A stretch of 64,000 bases of DNA from Paraphysomonas bandaiensis (lineage: Eukaryota; Protista; Chrysophyceae), in the NCBI GenBank assembly GCA_965644295.1, contig CBFFRP010000097.1:188486-252485 (forward strand), written 5' to 3'. Below are positions 35,631 to 49,584 of the stretch, one piece after another (within the stretch, counting starts at the first letter, position 1; each line of letters opens with the position of its first letter). The position numbers and the translations under genes were made by a program. The notes beneath the pieces were generated by a model, which was given only the letters and a program-made list of their open reading frames with translations, did not search any database and was not told the origin of the DNA.

Positions 35631-37397
35631 ATGACCGCAATGACCTCCTTGTGTGTGAATGAGTTACGTATCATACAGAATGATTTCGAGACCTATGAAA
35701 TTCTGCATACTCCACTAGGAGCTGGTGGTTTTGGTACTGTTTATCAAGGGGTTCGGAAGTCCGACAATAAATCCGTGGCTTTAAAATTCTTTGGATACGG
35801 CAATAGAGCACCAGATATCAGTGATATAAACAATGAAATAGTACTGATGTTCACTCTTGCTGGAGTGGAAGGTTTAATTTCCTTGTTATTAGAATTTCTT
35901 AAGAGTTCACTATACATTCAGGGGTTATTCAAATTGAATCGATATTCTACGATTCTCCTCTTGGTTTGTTGCCCAACAAGCAAAAAGCTCTACAGATCTC
36001 ATATCCAGTTATTGTCATGGAAAGTTTGACAGGAGGAGATTTGTTGCATCATATTGATTCACGAGCACGAATTCATCGGCATATATCTGAAAAATATCTT
36101 GCTGCCACATTTCGGAGTGCTATGCTGGCGTTGGACAGTATACACAAGCGATTCTACATCCATCGTGAGTACTTTCAGTAGACATATGTTGTTTTACCTT
36201 CTTGCAGGTGATATAAAGCTAGCCAATATATTAATGGTTAATGATTCGGATTATTCGCCAGTAAAACTTATTGACTTTGGGTCGTTGACTCAAATTGATC
36301 GGGCAACACATACAGTAATTTCCAATGAACCGTATGGTACTCCCCGATTCATGGCCCCAGAATCTCTTGGAAAATTTAATCGAGAGTACTCACCCGCTAC
36401 TGATATATGGCAAGCAGGATGTGTGTTGTTCTAGTAAGTATATTATATGTATATATCTATTACGCACTGTATGAAAACGGTGCCAGATTAATATGTGTGG
36501 ATTGTACTGCTTCCAATGTTTGTACTTCATCTACGCGTATTATACTGCACTGTTTTTGAACACGTTCGTGTAGTATGCTTTGTGCAGAACCACCATTTGC
36601 CACTGAGAAAGATATCAAATCTGGGAGATATAACACTGAGGTCAGTACTGAGTAGAATTTGATTATGAATAATATATTTCACACTTCTCTAATATGCATT
36701 TCTACAAAGTACTTAATTGCTTTTATTTTGACCATGACACATTGTACACGTTGGATTTCCCTTGTAGACATCGCAATGCTAACCCAACATTTAGAGCTCT
36801 ACTCATCCTTGTCTCTCCGATCCTGCTAAAGATCTCATATCACGAATGCTGGCGGTGCATTCCCGAGACCGCATTTCAATGGCGGAAATTTTATCGCATC
36901 CTTGGGTAGAAGGTCATGCCCCAGACGAACCACTAGGGCAAGAGTATTACCAGAGGGTGAAAGCCCTAGCGGTACGGCACAAGTTGAAAAGTATATTCGA
37001 GCCATTGGATTTATCAACTGAAGAAGTTCATCTTGTAGAAGGTGCCCAATCTGAAGAAAAGCGAATTTGCGACTTTACTGGACGTGATATTAATGCGGAG
37101 GCTCAATATTATTTTCATCTTTTTGATACGGACCATGATGGTTGGGTTAGTAAAGAGGATCTTCAAGCTGGGATCAGGGCTATAATAACTAGAAACAACG
37201 CGCTTCATCATTTAGAGCATGACGAACACGCCTCAGACGGGAAGTTGAGACTAACTCCATTCGTAAAGCTTTCTATTGATGAGATGTTCGAGGTAATGGA
37301 TGCCGACCACTCCGCTAAAGTAAATTTTAGTCAGTTCTTAAACTTTTATTCAATATGTGTCATGCCATCTGGGAAGCGGCATAAAAACATGGAGTGA
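35631..37397 (+). CDS. CAMK/CDPK-like Ser/Thr kinase with EF-hands, multi-exon
   Basis: Motifs LGAGGFGTV, VALK, IHR|DIKLAN, DFG, APE and DIWQAG. EF-hands DTDHDGWVSKED and DADHSAKVNFSQ. Confidence 0.9.
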
Positions 37398-37660
37398 TAG
37401 TATGAGCAATGAACACTAATCATAATGTAATAAAAAGCAGACTATTTTTATATCTGCTTGGGGTTATCACCGTCAAGTAAAAAGTTAAATTAACGAAGGA
37501 ATGCACCTAACTTACAACACTTAAATTACATTCGAGATTAATAAATTTAGACCTCATACCTTAAAAACATTTAATACACACACAAACTTTTCTGGTAGTA
37601 AAATACAACTGTGATTTATCATTGTTGGATTGTAATATCCATGAAACTACTGTATCAATG

Positions 37661-38368
37661 TCACTTTTTCGGTCGAGGTGAGGTTCTTGATAATGGTATA
37701 TGCGCAGCTGAAACAACTCCCTGCATATAGGTAGGCTCAACCTCTCGATTCATAAACGTATGAATACTTCCAATCATAATAAAGAATATAATAAAGCCTA
37801 AAACTACGAATGTTGCTATCCATCCTCGAGACACGAACCCGTCTTTAAAGAGTGTTTTAGAATTGTGAGAAACTGCGCCCAGTGTTGGCGCCAAAGATGG
37901 TTGAGGTGACGGAGCGGTTGACGGAGGTTTACTTGGACGAAAAGTAGGTGCTTTAGTGGGGCGCCTGGTAGGACGACGTGTGGGAGAATAGGTAGGGAAA
38001 AAAGTAGGAGATTTAATCGGTTTACGTGTAGGCTTGCTTGTTGGAGACCTTGTGGGTTTCTTGGTGGGAAAAGTTGTTGGATTTTCTGTCGATACGATCG
38101 ACAGTGTTTCATAAATGTTACTGAATGGTACAATAGAAGGTGCGGATGATGATTCCAATGCTATTGTATGAATTGGTTTTGGCCGATGTGTTGTGGGGTT
38201 TAAAGTCGGCGCAGAATACTTAGAGGTCGTACTCACAGGCATTATATCAGATACTTCATTGGTATTATGATAGTATAGGGCGGATGACTGAAAGTGGGAG
38301 TGAATTTCTCCAAAAGATGGAGTAATTGATAACCCCAATACAATAAGAGTGTATGCTACCACTATCAT
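37661..38368 (-). CDS. Pro/Thr-repeat (mucin-like) single-pass membrane protein
   Basis: Signal peptide, PTxxPT repeats and one TM helix (WIATFVVLGFIIFFIMIGSI). Confidence 0.75.
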   Translation of the reverse strand: MIVVAYTLIVLGLSITPSFGEIHSHFQSSALYYHNTNEVSDIMPVSTTSKYSAPTLNPTTHRPKPIHTIALESSSAPSIVPFSNIYETLSIVSTENPTTFPTKKPTRSPTSKPTRKPIKSPTFFPTYSPTRRPTRRPTKAPTFRPSKPPSTAPSPQPSLAPTLGAVSHNSKTLFKDGFVSRGWIATFVVLGFIIFFIMIGSIHTFMNREVEPTYMQGVVSAAHIPLSRTSPRPKK

Positions 38369-38802
38369 GCTGTGTAATGGGGCTGTAAGTCTAATGTTTA
38401 AAGCAGATCAGCTGAATATCAACACACACAAGATATTTATCTATGCAACATGTAACAGAAAACGTGGCTGTACAGTGAATATTCGCCATGCGAACTCCAA
38501 CATCAACATATGCTGCATGAGGATATTATGCCATTCCAAGCACTGTCCTGACTCTACATACATCTCTGTATACATATGAAATAAACTGAAACACATTCAC
38601 AGCGAATCATATACTATTCATCATATATGATTGGATATGTGTACATATGGTGGAGAAATGACGACCATACCTTGTTGAGACCGTTCACATTGTTGTCCAC
38701 TTGCCTTCCTGCTGTATAAGTTGACAGAGAACGGAGATATCATCTCTCTGTTCCCGTCACTATTCGTGCAACGTATTGTAGCATCATTTTGAAGTCGGAC
38801 TG

Positions 38803-40326
38803 ATGAAACTCAACAACATCGGATGCTGTGCGTGCCAATCTACAGGACTGCGTCAGGTGAAAGGTGGACGATCTGCAATATTTCAATATAAGAAGAAATG
38901 CGAGGCCGCTAAATCCCAAAATAAGCCTCTTCCAAAGCAGCCGAAAAGAATTGTGAATTGCCATGACTGCAATGGTTTAGGAATTGTTAGTGGCTCTAAC
39001 ACAACTTTCAAACCTGCATTCAGCGGTAAAATTGCGGTTATTGGAGGTGGTATTGGTGGCATTGCCTTTTCTCTGGCTGCACTTCATCGAGGTTTGAATG
39101 TGACTGTTTATGAAAAAGATATTGCATTTGCAATTCGATCCCAAGGCTACGCACTAACGATGCAGCAGGGATTCACTCAACTCCGTAAACTCGGATTTGA
39201 TATGGATAAACTACGAGAGATAGGATCGACGAGCACAGGACACATTACGCTTAGTCATCTTGGAGATATTGTAGGTGTGACGGGCAGAGAGCGGTGGGGA
39301 ACCTTGGATGATGCAAGCGCCAAGCGATTCAATATTCAGCTGCCCAGGCAGTTACTCCGGCAGGAATTGTTCAATGAATTACCACAAGATACGGTACAGT
39401 GGGGAAAACAGCTTGTTCAAATAGATGATAGTGAACAAATACTACACTTTTCAGACGGAACTACTGCAGATTATGATCTCGTCGTTGCGGCAGATGGAAT
39501 TCGTTCTTGTTTCACTAGTCACCTACCTTTGTCATACTTAGGAGTTATGGTGGTGCTTGGTCGAGGAAAAGTGTCTACTCCTAACAAGCTAAACTTAGGC
39601 GTGGATAAGATTTGGCAGAGCGTAGATGGAGTTACTCGGCTCTATGCGATGCCATTTGGTAAAGCTGGTGAAACGATGTGGCAACTATCTTGGCAATGTT
39701 CCGAACAGGAGGCTATCAATTTATCTCGTGGTCAGAAGGTGGCCGGAGAAGACAGAATAGTAGATAAGAAAGTTCTCGGTGAATTACTTTTGAGTGAGGC
39801 CTTGCGCCGTACTGAAGGTTGGCACGATCCTTTACATGAGCTACTCACATCTACTGACCCGGGAGAAATTACCGGTTATCCAGCATATGACAGATGGCCG
39901 GTACCAATGTATGGTCCGGATAATCTTCGTCCTCGTGTAGCTGTGTTGGGTGATGCGGCACACCCTCTGAGCCCTTTTAAAGGGCAAGGTGCGAATCAAG
40001 CTTTGATCGATGCAGTGGAATTGGCAACTATTCTTGCTTCAGGAATAACAGAGGAGGGGACAGAGAGACCGCATTCTATTGCCAGTGGCCGACGAAATCG
40101 TCAGAGAAGTTTAAGTTGTAGTTCAGATAATAGTATTGGAAGCGAAGTAGATGTTGAAGCGCTTCTGCAGACATACCACGTTCGAATGACAGAACGAGTT
40201 CGAATTAAAGTTGAAGCAAGTCGAGAGGCATCAATAGTTTTACATTCACCGAGTGTACTGGTAAAAGGGGATTGTACTCGAGGAAAAGCTCGTTGCAGTG
40301 ATGTGGCGAAATATGACAGTGTTTAG
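38803..40326 (+). CDS. FAD-dependent monooxygenase (UbiH/FAD_binding_3-like) with N-terminal Cys4 motif
   Basis: Motifs IAVIGGGIGG, VAADGIRS and LGDAAHPLSPFKGQGANQALIDA. N-terminal CACQSTG...CHDCNGLG. Confidence 0.9.
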   Translation: MKLNNIGCCACQSTGLRQVKGGRSAIFQYKKKCEAAKSQNKPLPKQPKRIVNCHDCNGLGIVSGSNTTFKPAFSGKIAVIGGGIGGIAFSLAALHRGLNVTVYEKDIAFAIRSQGYALTMQQGFTQLRKLGFDMDKLREIGSTSTGHITLSHLGDIVGVTGRERWGTLDDASAKRFNIQLPRQLLRQELFNELPQDTVQWGKQLVQIDDSEQILHFSDGTTADYDLVVAADGIRSCFTSHLPLSYLGVMVVLGRGKVSTPNKLNLGVDKIWQSVDGVTRLYAMPFGKAGETMWQLSWQCSEQEAINLSRGQKVAGEDRIVDKKVLGELLLSEALRRTEGWHDPLHELLTSTDPGEITGYPAYDRWPVPMYGPDNLRPRVAVLGDAAHPLSPFKGQGANQALIDAVELATILASGITEEGTERPHSIASGRRNRQRSLSCSSDNSIGSEVDVEALLQTYHVRMTERVRIKVEASREASIVLHSPSVLVKGDCTRGKARCSDVAKYDSV

Positions 40327-41695
40327 TGTATATTCTATGAGTTACATTGCGTGAAATACAAATTATAACAGTGCGTGGTGATGCGATTATACTCATAGCT
40401 ATGTGAGGTTATTTGTGAATATGGCACCTCACTTTGTATTCGAATAGCTAATATTCTGAAATACTACGAAAAATTATGCAGTAGAAATTTTACAATGTTG
40501 CGAAATTAATAAAGACATTATTTTTAATATTTTATATTGTGGTAGACATTCATGGAATGATGTAACAGCAAGATACTTTTTTATATATTATATATTGTGT
40601 ATCTAGTTTAGTATTATTGTGTAACAGATTGCGTACGAAACCTTCCTAATTTAATGAGTTTCTTACTTTTCATGCGACCGCTCTGTTCTGATTCTGACGT
40701 ATATGTGGCACATATCAATTGCAGTTTTTCTTCTGTGGATCGACTGCCAAACACCACACTTTTATGCAAGCATTGTAAGACTACTGGTTGTAAAGGAGCA
40801 TAACGTTAAGTAGCTTGTACATTAATCTTGAGTTTTAGCGGTTGAGTTATCGAATGCAGTTCACCATTTGATTGATTCGATTCCGTTTGGGGTCAATCGT
40901 TTGGAAGGACTAGGCTTCTGTGCTGCTGGACTTGACGGAACTTCTTCATTCCTCACAGTCCTCATCTTCACGACCATCAAGCATTGCTTGAACCTGTCCT
41001 CTGCCATCTCAGACATAAGGTAATATATTTTGAGTCTTATGACATACTTCGCAATGCATCAACTAATGCACTTGCTTGCTCAGTAGAAGACACAAGTCCT
41101 AGTTTAACAGTTGATACCTCATCATCACCTTTGGCGCATCATTGTTACCCCAGGTACTAATAAGACTCATCTTGTTTTATTACTTACACAACTGTCAGGA
41201 TTTACTTACTCGGCAATATGCATCATGACTGCATCCATTTCAACCAATCTGCAACAATTCTATGCAACATGGACGAATCAGAAATGTTCTTTATGTAATA
41301 CTTATTTTTGGTTGGTTAACAAGAAAAATAACTGGGTGTGTGTATGTACGATAGTTGGGACTGAAAATCAGTGCCAGTATTTTTGTACCCACGACAGTCA
41401 TATGATTACAATGAACCAATGAACGATTTGGATGACCACTTCACTGTGAATGAAGGAAAGTTCATACTATTCCGGTTACTATCACTGCTATGATTGCTTA
41501 GTTGTATGTAGTTGCAAGTAACTACGATAGTGTATTTTTTTATTACACGCAACTTTTGATATCAAAGACTAGAAGTGAACTTCCACTTCATTCTGTTAGC
41601 CAATCACAATCAATCGATATCAATATCATTCTTCATAGTCTTGTATTGGAATATATACACATTTATCGTATATGTCTTTCTATTAAATCATAATT

Positions 41696-44600
41696 ATGTC
41701 GTATGATAATCACGTTGGTGTGTCATTTGTAAATGCAAGAGATATCCTTGTTAATGCGGTAGAATCGGCCTTGTCAAGTAATCATCAATGTCAGCATGTG
41801 CCTGAGACATCTGACCGGTTATTTATGGTATGGATGCCACTTGCTAGTTCGATTCTATTGGCTATAGCTGCTGCGCTTGATGATACATTTCTAGCCGGTC
41901 GTGTCTTTTCATTGGTGCTGTTGAGTGTATCGGTGATTCTGAATTTGTATGTGACCAAGCGGTATAATGAAACTGAGAGCGAAGAACTTCGCAATCAGCT
42001 CTCTGATATCATATCACAATACACTGCAAGTATTGCTGCGCACTCGAATGTCGAACATGAACAAATGAAGACACCAAAGATGATTAATTCCGGGCATGCA
42101 CATGTATCTATAGTGGCTGTCTATAGAGATGGGCACTGGCAACGTATTCCCACTCTTCTTTTGGTTGAAGGGGATATCATCGCATTAATGGCAGGGGACA
42201 TCACGCCAGGTGAATTAGAGGAGCTTATTTCTGACAGGGATCATCACACAATGCCAGTATCCCCTCGTGATATGCATACTCATGGGCAAAATTCTTTCAT
42301 GCGGTCATTTTCGACCCCAGCGGAAAATGTAATGGCTGCTCCATTAAGCACTTACTCAATGAAACGTGGATGGAAGCTGGGTAAGCGGTTACACAAGGGG
42401 ATTAAAATTCCGATTCGGGAAGAGAGGCGGAAATACGCATCTTATGACCCCAAACGGGACGATAACTCCCGCGATGTAGTAGCCCCAAGCGTATCCGGTA
42501 ATACAGGCCTTAACCACGACAGGGAACGTAGTGGATCGTACTGCAGTGAACGGGGTGGAGATGACCATCACGATCATAGCGAGTCTAAGCACAGTGAAAA
42601 GTCCCAGAGACAACGAAGCGGATCTTTCAATGGAAGCGTGCACCAATGCGCTAATAGGCCCTTGAAGGATATCCCTACGTCTGACACTAAAAATTTACGT
42701 GGTGGAATAGAACACACACGCTCTAACCCTCAAGTACACACATACTCTCATGGTGACAGGCATAAGCACAGCCGGGCCATCAACAGCCAAAGCGTCGAGT
42801 TGCTGACTCTCTCTCGAGACATGCGGTGCTTTATAATGCGAGAAACACCAATTGTCGACTATTGTCTAAAGGCCCTGGAGTCAAACCGCCCGACTCGAAA
42901 GAGTTACTTGCGTTCGCTATTCTTGGAGATATATAAGGAGTCCTGGAAATTGCTCTGGGTCGTGTGTGCATTGGTAATAATGAGTGCGGCAGTAAGACTG
43001 GCCTTAATTTCTGAAGCTCGGGCGCAATCCACACATATTGCCACGGTAATGTTTTTCTTCTGCTACGTTCTTTTCATGCGAATGCATGTAGTTTCTTTGG
43101 TATACTAACCTATAAATTGTTCGTACCCTAGTGTCACGCAGCTTGTCGTTGCACTAACTGACGTATTGAATAACAGATTGTAATTGTGCCATTGGCGGTT
43201 GTGCTGCTTTCATTTTTTCCAGTTTCCATGCCGGTGACAATGCTTTTGATTGAAGCAGTTACCACTGCTAATGTACTTGCCACTACTGAAGCCCTGATCA
43301 ACGGGGTGGATGATGGTGACGACGATAGCAGTGCACCATCAAGTAGCTCTAAATCTTCGAAGCGAAACGGGTTTCAATCGTCCGGTACACCGACGAATCT
43401 GAAAAATACGTATAATCGACGTGTAGCCGACCCGCCTACAAAACAGGTAAAGAATAGCCACAGAAACTCACCCGGAGACGATGACAGTTCTAGTGAATCG
43501 TCTACTGAGCGTGACGAATTTTTAGATGAAGATATAGACGATCGGTAAAACTCAATAGGTGTTTCATGTCATCACGACGTCATGTATCGTTTACGTTTAG
43601 TGCGGTCAAGATTGCAGATCAAGCTTCCTACAACATTCCATGGGGACGACAGATGTTGTACACCCTTAAAGTGCTCGGCACGCGTCTACAACTACGGCTT
43701 TTGGAGGGTTGTAAATTGGATGGATACCCGTGGTCAATGACGTACACCAGCGATTCCGATTCGCAATCCTCGCCACCAACTAGCCTTCTCCCTATCCCCC
43801 TTGCGAGAACTCGTTTGATTGAGGTGATGACTGTACCCTTCTTGCTTTGTGGAAAGCTTCATTTAATCGATTTTGTAGGTTCTAGGGGCAGTGACGATGG
43901 TGTGCTTTATTGATGATGATATCGTGTGTGAGGGATTTTCTGTTTCCGAGGAAGTATTTTTATTGAAGAATCGAGAACTACCTGTGGCTCCAATCGATGT
44001 ATAGCTGTAATATTTTTTTATTATATATATTTTTATTCCATTTTCCTCTTTTGTGAGCAGAACACACCGGGTGTGCAACACGGCATTGTTCTCGACCTCC
44101 ATGCTAATCCACAGGTATATATAGTTGCACTGTCGATGAATGTGGAAGTTTATGATAGTTATAACATGTACGAATAGGCCACTGGGAGTCGGTTTGAAAA
44201 CCCAAGGTGGTGGACACATTTGTCTTCGTTGAAGCCTATCGGGCTAAACTCCATGCTCACCTACGCCCCGTGCTTTGTGGAGAAATCTAAATCATATTTT
44301 CGCAATCAAGACAGTGTATATGCAGGTTAGTGCGAAGTATTTTTCTATATATACCTTTATCACAGGTGGCACTTATAAATAGATGAGCTTCCACGACCTG
44401 ATATGAGCCGAAGTGTTACGACGTCTACTATCATTGCACCGCCAGACAGACATAGAGTAGAAAGCTCACTCGTGGACCATGTCAAGCGTAGTATACCCCT
44501 AGAATGTCTAAGGTGTTTCATGTTTACAGCGTATTTTATATATATACATTATCTTGTATACTTGGCAGCCACTGTTGTCGTCACCTGGTCAAATCTTTCA

Positions 44601-47600
44601 AATGTACATTTCATTGTCGATGTTGTTACGACGTGTGTTGTGTTGTTAGGGAGCTTGCTGAAGAAATTGGATTCGTGGAGGCCGATATAGAGAACTTTAA
44701 GCGTTTACTTGAGCTCAGTGTCGTTGCTCCTCGATTGGGTGATATTCGGCTAATGGAAGATACACATGCGTGGGGACAGGTATATAAAGGGGTATACGAA
44801 TACCTGTGTTTAGATCTTATATCATGAATTCTACGTTACATTCGATTCAGTAGTTTAGTTTACTATTTTTAGAATTGTATGCAGTTTCTGAATTATATTC
44901 CAGGAAGAAACCCGACGACGAGGAAATTTAGACCCTCATGTGAACGCCGTTGTTGCGGAAGACTCTCGGAAAGGTGTGTGTTTGGGTGTTATGAATGACG
45001 TTATATAAGTGGAGTTGGGGAATGCTGTGCATTATCTAGGGGGGTTGCAATTGATGTCGCATGGCTATCCTCCTCTCCTTCTCAGTTACTGCAGGTAATT
45101 TATATTATTCCTCTGTGTGGACGACAATATCTAATCTCGTTCCAGAGAGTATTGGGACGGCGCGAATATTTCTCCCTTAACATCTGAAGACCGTAATCAG
45201 ATATTGGGAGTGTACGAGCGATGGGACCTTGAGGACTTCGATGTCGTTGCCTTGGCGTATTCACCAGTTCCTATTACTCTTCACGTAAGCACGGTTTCGA
45301 AGTAGAAGTATTTCCTGCAAGCATGTTGTGCTGTATATATTGATAATTACAAGGATGTATCGCTAGCACTTATTTTGTGTTTGAAACATGCTATTTTTAT
45401 CAGGAGCAAATATCTTCCCATAATTCGCGGAAGAATATGCAATCTTCTGAAGCAAGAGATAACAATGACTCTGTACATAGTGGGGAGGGACGGCAAACGT
45501 CAGGGTGCACACTCTTCTTTGTTGATTCGTGTACAGAGCGGCAGTTGCATAATTATCGAAAACGCGTTGCAGTGATGTCAGCTAAAGAAGATAGATCTCC
45601 GGAACAACAGAAAACAGATGGCAGCAACGACTCACCTGAAAAATCTTCTCCAGGTGCAGAAATTTCATCTACAGGGATTGAAGAGAGGAGACTGTCATCC
45701 GGGAGTGCAAGCAGTAGCGAAATGCGGCGAGTAGATTCAAGTGAACAGAGTAATATTCAAGCGCAAGGACAAAGCGAGGAACTTGAGCTCAATCGTGGTC
45801 AATCTATTCTTGAATTATCAACGCAAAGAGTGGACTCATTAAGCGAGGGAACTACATACCCTCCACTGACTACACCTTCTCCACTGCGGCCGGTTTCTCT
45901 AATTTGTCCCCCTCGGCTGGACTGCATCGAGCACATGCATTTAATTGAGGATGTCGCAGAGGTGAGACAAACGTGCGTGAGCGCGGGGTATGAGAGTACC
46001 TTGAGTGCCCAGTACAATATTCTCCCTGAAGAAAGAACTAGTGCAGATTTTATACTCTGCGAGGTGCAGAGTGAACCAACTCGATCCCCTCCGCATAGGC
46101 CTGATAGCGCTGACGATAAAACTGGGATGCCTATTACTACAGCAGCGAGCATGGTTAATATGCGGGATTTGCATTCAGTGACGGAGGAAGTTGAATTACC
46201 TCTGAAGGTAGCAGAGAGCTCAAGAGCTACCAGCAGTGAGATGGAGATGGATTTTGGAACGTTCGCCGTTCCACCACAGAGCTGGGCAATGACGGGGGTC
46301 GATACAACCAAGCGACGAAGACATGTGCGGTCGTCAAGTGACCAGTTGAATGTGCGCAAAAAGAGTTCAAACAACACTGTGCTTGGTTTGATGTATTCAA
46401 ACATTGCAGCTTCAGTTTACGCATCTCAAGGCTATAGTCCTACGTTATCTACGGATGGGTCTATATTTCTCTCGGAGGATAGTCCGGGCACTGCGAGCCC
46501 ACCAGCGGTATATTTTCCGCCTGATATATCACCACGGACGAATATTCCCCGGGAGCGAATACGGCCTGCTGACTCTTTCGATATCAATGGCTACAATTTA
46601 ATAAGCGACGATTCTGTGGCGGACGACACCACTTTTCCGTCAAGGCGAAACAGTGATGAAATTCGAAGGAATAGTTTAGATACTATCGACACCGAGCTTT
46701 CTGATCATGATAATCGGTTACTGTCTTCTAAGATTGATGGAGATTCTTACGAGAAGAGCAAGGACAGAGCGAAATTTAAAAAGTCTTTTTCACTTGACCA
46801 CGGCCTGCACGGTTTGAATGTTAAGAAATCAAAATCTAGCACAGATATGAATACATTGATGGAGTCCTCCGTCGGAACAGAGAAAGTTAAACCAAACACT
46901 AGTGACGTATTGCCCCCTGTATACAAAGCGATTTCTGAGCCCAGCGTGGCCCGCACTCAGTCCGTCCCAGCCAAAGCCTTTACGGCTTCCATGAAGCGAG
47001 CTTCGCAGCCAAGTCCCGCCAAAAGTCACAAACCCAGCTCCACAACTGCACCAAAAGGCTTATCGGAGGCAGTGTGGTCTATTTTACGACAACAGGTACT
47101 AGGATTATCATCAATATTCCTCGAGATGTTAAGTCATACCTCTGCGTAGGTCTTTCTTGGTATGACTGCATCATCTGTTCCTGTTCGTCATGTGGTACGT
47201 ACTGCGAGTTCAACACTGAGTGTTCACTCCTTTATGTCACACTCTTAGATGCCAGAATTTGTGGAAGATTTAACAGAGGCAGGGGTTCGGTTCGTGTATT
47301 TCAGTCCGAGAAATATGCGAAGGTCCAAAAAAGTTGCTGAAAAAATTGGTATTTATTCCATTTAGTTGATTGTATTCAGTCAACGACTATGTAAAATGTA
47401 AATATAATATGACAGTGTATAGGTCTTCAAACTGATTGGAACTGTGCTATATCTCTCCGACCATTAGACTCACCGGATACTCACGACCCGCATAGATTTA
47501 TAAGCAGTTATGCTGACTGGGATGTCATGGCAAAACTTCCTCATGGAATAGATGTATGTGCTCTTAATTTAAGCTCTTGCGATGTCGTATAATTGCGAAA

Positions 47601-49584
47601 AAATATGTAAGCGTGTAATGTATAGTTTTTTCAATGTAGGCTATTAAGAAACATCTAAGGGAAATAGACAACGTCCCTCTTCTGGTGTCGCTTTTTACGG
47701 ATGCGACTCCATCAACTATTCAGTCAATGGTGGGGATATTTAGGGAACATGGCGAAGTTGTCATGTCAATTGGCAGTGCTTATAGGTGTGTAGTATATCT
47801 GTTTTGAATATTTTATGGTAGCTTTTTCTTGGCTGTACTTACTACACTTATGTCTCCCCACAAGTCTAATATTTCTTGGATTGAAGGTCATACAATCAAG
47901 CGATATACAGCGTGTCTGATCTTGGAATAGCTGTGGATATGCTTCCTGGCGAACATAAAGACTTACTTAGCTCATCTGACCATATTGTATCGGCATTTCC
48001 TGTTTTCAGCTCGTCGTCTCTTTGCCAAGCTGATCTAACTTTGATGTTTCGTCTCGTCAGCCTGAATACTTCTACTTTGCTACAGAGCCCTCCAAGTAGA
48101 GAGAGTCAAAGTGATACTGCAACTTCACCTCGCATCAACTCCGATGAGAATGTTGTATGTCCAGAAGTATTCAATATATCATCTGGCACTGCATTTGAAG
48201 GCCTGGTGGAAAACATGGAGGAAGGGGGTACCTCTCGGCAGAAAGCGTTTGTCCCGAGTCTTGATATTTTGTCATGCACTGGGTGCTTTGGGATTAGCGG
48301 GCATCAACGGGATGGTTCCACCGCTACATATGCGATGAAGTGTACCAGTGATGAGTTAAAAGAAATGGATCTACGAGGATTGTTGGAAGCCATTCGGAAA
48401 GGACGGGTATTTTTATTGAATGCGAAACAGGTACACCAGTGCAAGAAGTTGGTGTGAACCAGCTTTAACATTTGCGGACAGGTTCTTGCGTTGTTATGCA
48501 TTAGCTGCCTATCTTTGGCACTTTGGGGTGTGTATTCTCAGGTAGTGTACAAATTTGCATCCTGGCGACTTAATATATAATATATTGAGCAGGCAATACC
48601 ACTATCGATCCCTCCCATTCCACCCCCTCCAATGGCCCTTCTCTTTCTTTGTGTACAACTACCGTGCATATCATTGGCAATGTTTTTTAGTCCTGCCGTT
48701 GGGGATGACCATGTAATGCGTAAGACTCCCCGCAAGAACAACCTGATAAGGTAAAATACATGGAATGCGTAACTTCTATTTTTAGTGTAATATTTATTTG
48801 ATCAGAAAACCAAGAGATATATCTCGTTTTCAGAATTATTTATCGGCAAGGCTGTCCACTGTTTGCATATCTGTGTTTGTAGGTAAGATGAATTGTGTGA
48901 TTTAGTGCGTGCTATACGTTCGAGTATGTCACGTGCGTAACACATGTGCAGTTGGATGGATAGCTACAAGTTCCAAATCAGAGTTAGACGTCGGCCGTAA
49001 TGAAAGCGGTGAACTTTCCTCTTCTCACTGGACCGAAAGGATGGCAACCTATCGTGACATTCTCAGCAATGGTAATCTTGACAGTGATGGTAGGGCACAT
49101 TTTTTGTTTGTTCAGGTGTGGCATTTGCCTTTTCAATTTTGTGTTGCATAATATTTGGTCAGGACATGATGAGCTGCCAGTTTTTGCTTTCTATAGTAGC
49201 CCAATCGGCTACATTGCTTCATCGGGGGCAGAGTATTTGGCAACTTCCTTCACCAATTTCCCATCCAGAATACTATGTTATGGTAATTGTGTGTCTGGCT
49301 TTGCAAGGTGGAGTTGTATATCTCAGGTAAACTATTCTTCATGCACTGACCTCTGGAGTTGAAATTATGGGTTTTGTTAACACAGGGCACTTGGTCGTAG
49401 AGGTGGAGTGGAACAATTTCTTGAGGCGGACTGGCAACTATGGGTTGCTATGACTGCCCTACCAGTGCTTGGTCTAGTCATTGGATTTGTCGTAAACTGG
49501 TATGATAATTTTAATTACCGTAGATACTTGAAGTTCCTTAGATTAGAATTCGACACAAGATTAGGAATGTTCAGTCCGCGGTGA
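41696..49584 (+). CDS. TMEM94: TMEM94-like degenerate P-type ATPase-related membrane protein, many exons
   Basis: Motifs WQRIPTLLLVEGDIIAL, LKPIGL, AGVRFVYFSP, DWNCAISL, KLPHGI, IDNVPLLVSLFTD and C-terminal LEFDTRLGMFSPR*. The 5' end may extend upstream. Confidence 0.85.

Noticed and set aside
40680-41140. Minus-strand pseudogene-like frame or alternative genetic code
   Set aside because: Mixed in-frame stops and no family. Intact genes in the window terminate with TAA, TAG and TGA, so there is no support for codon reassignment.
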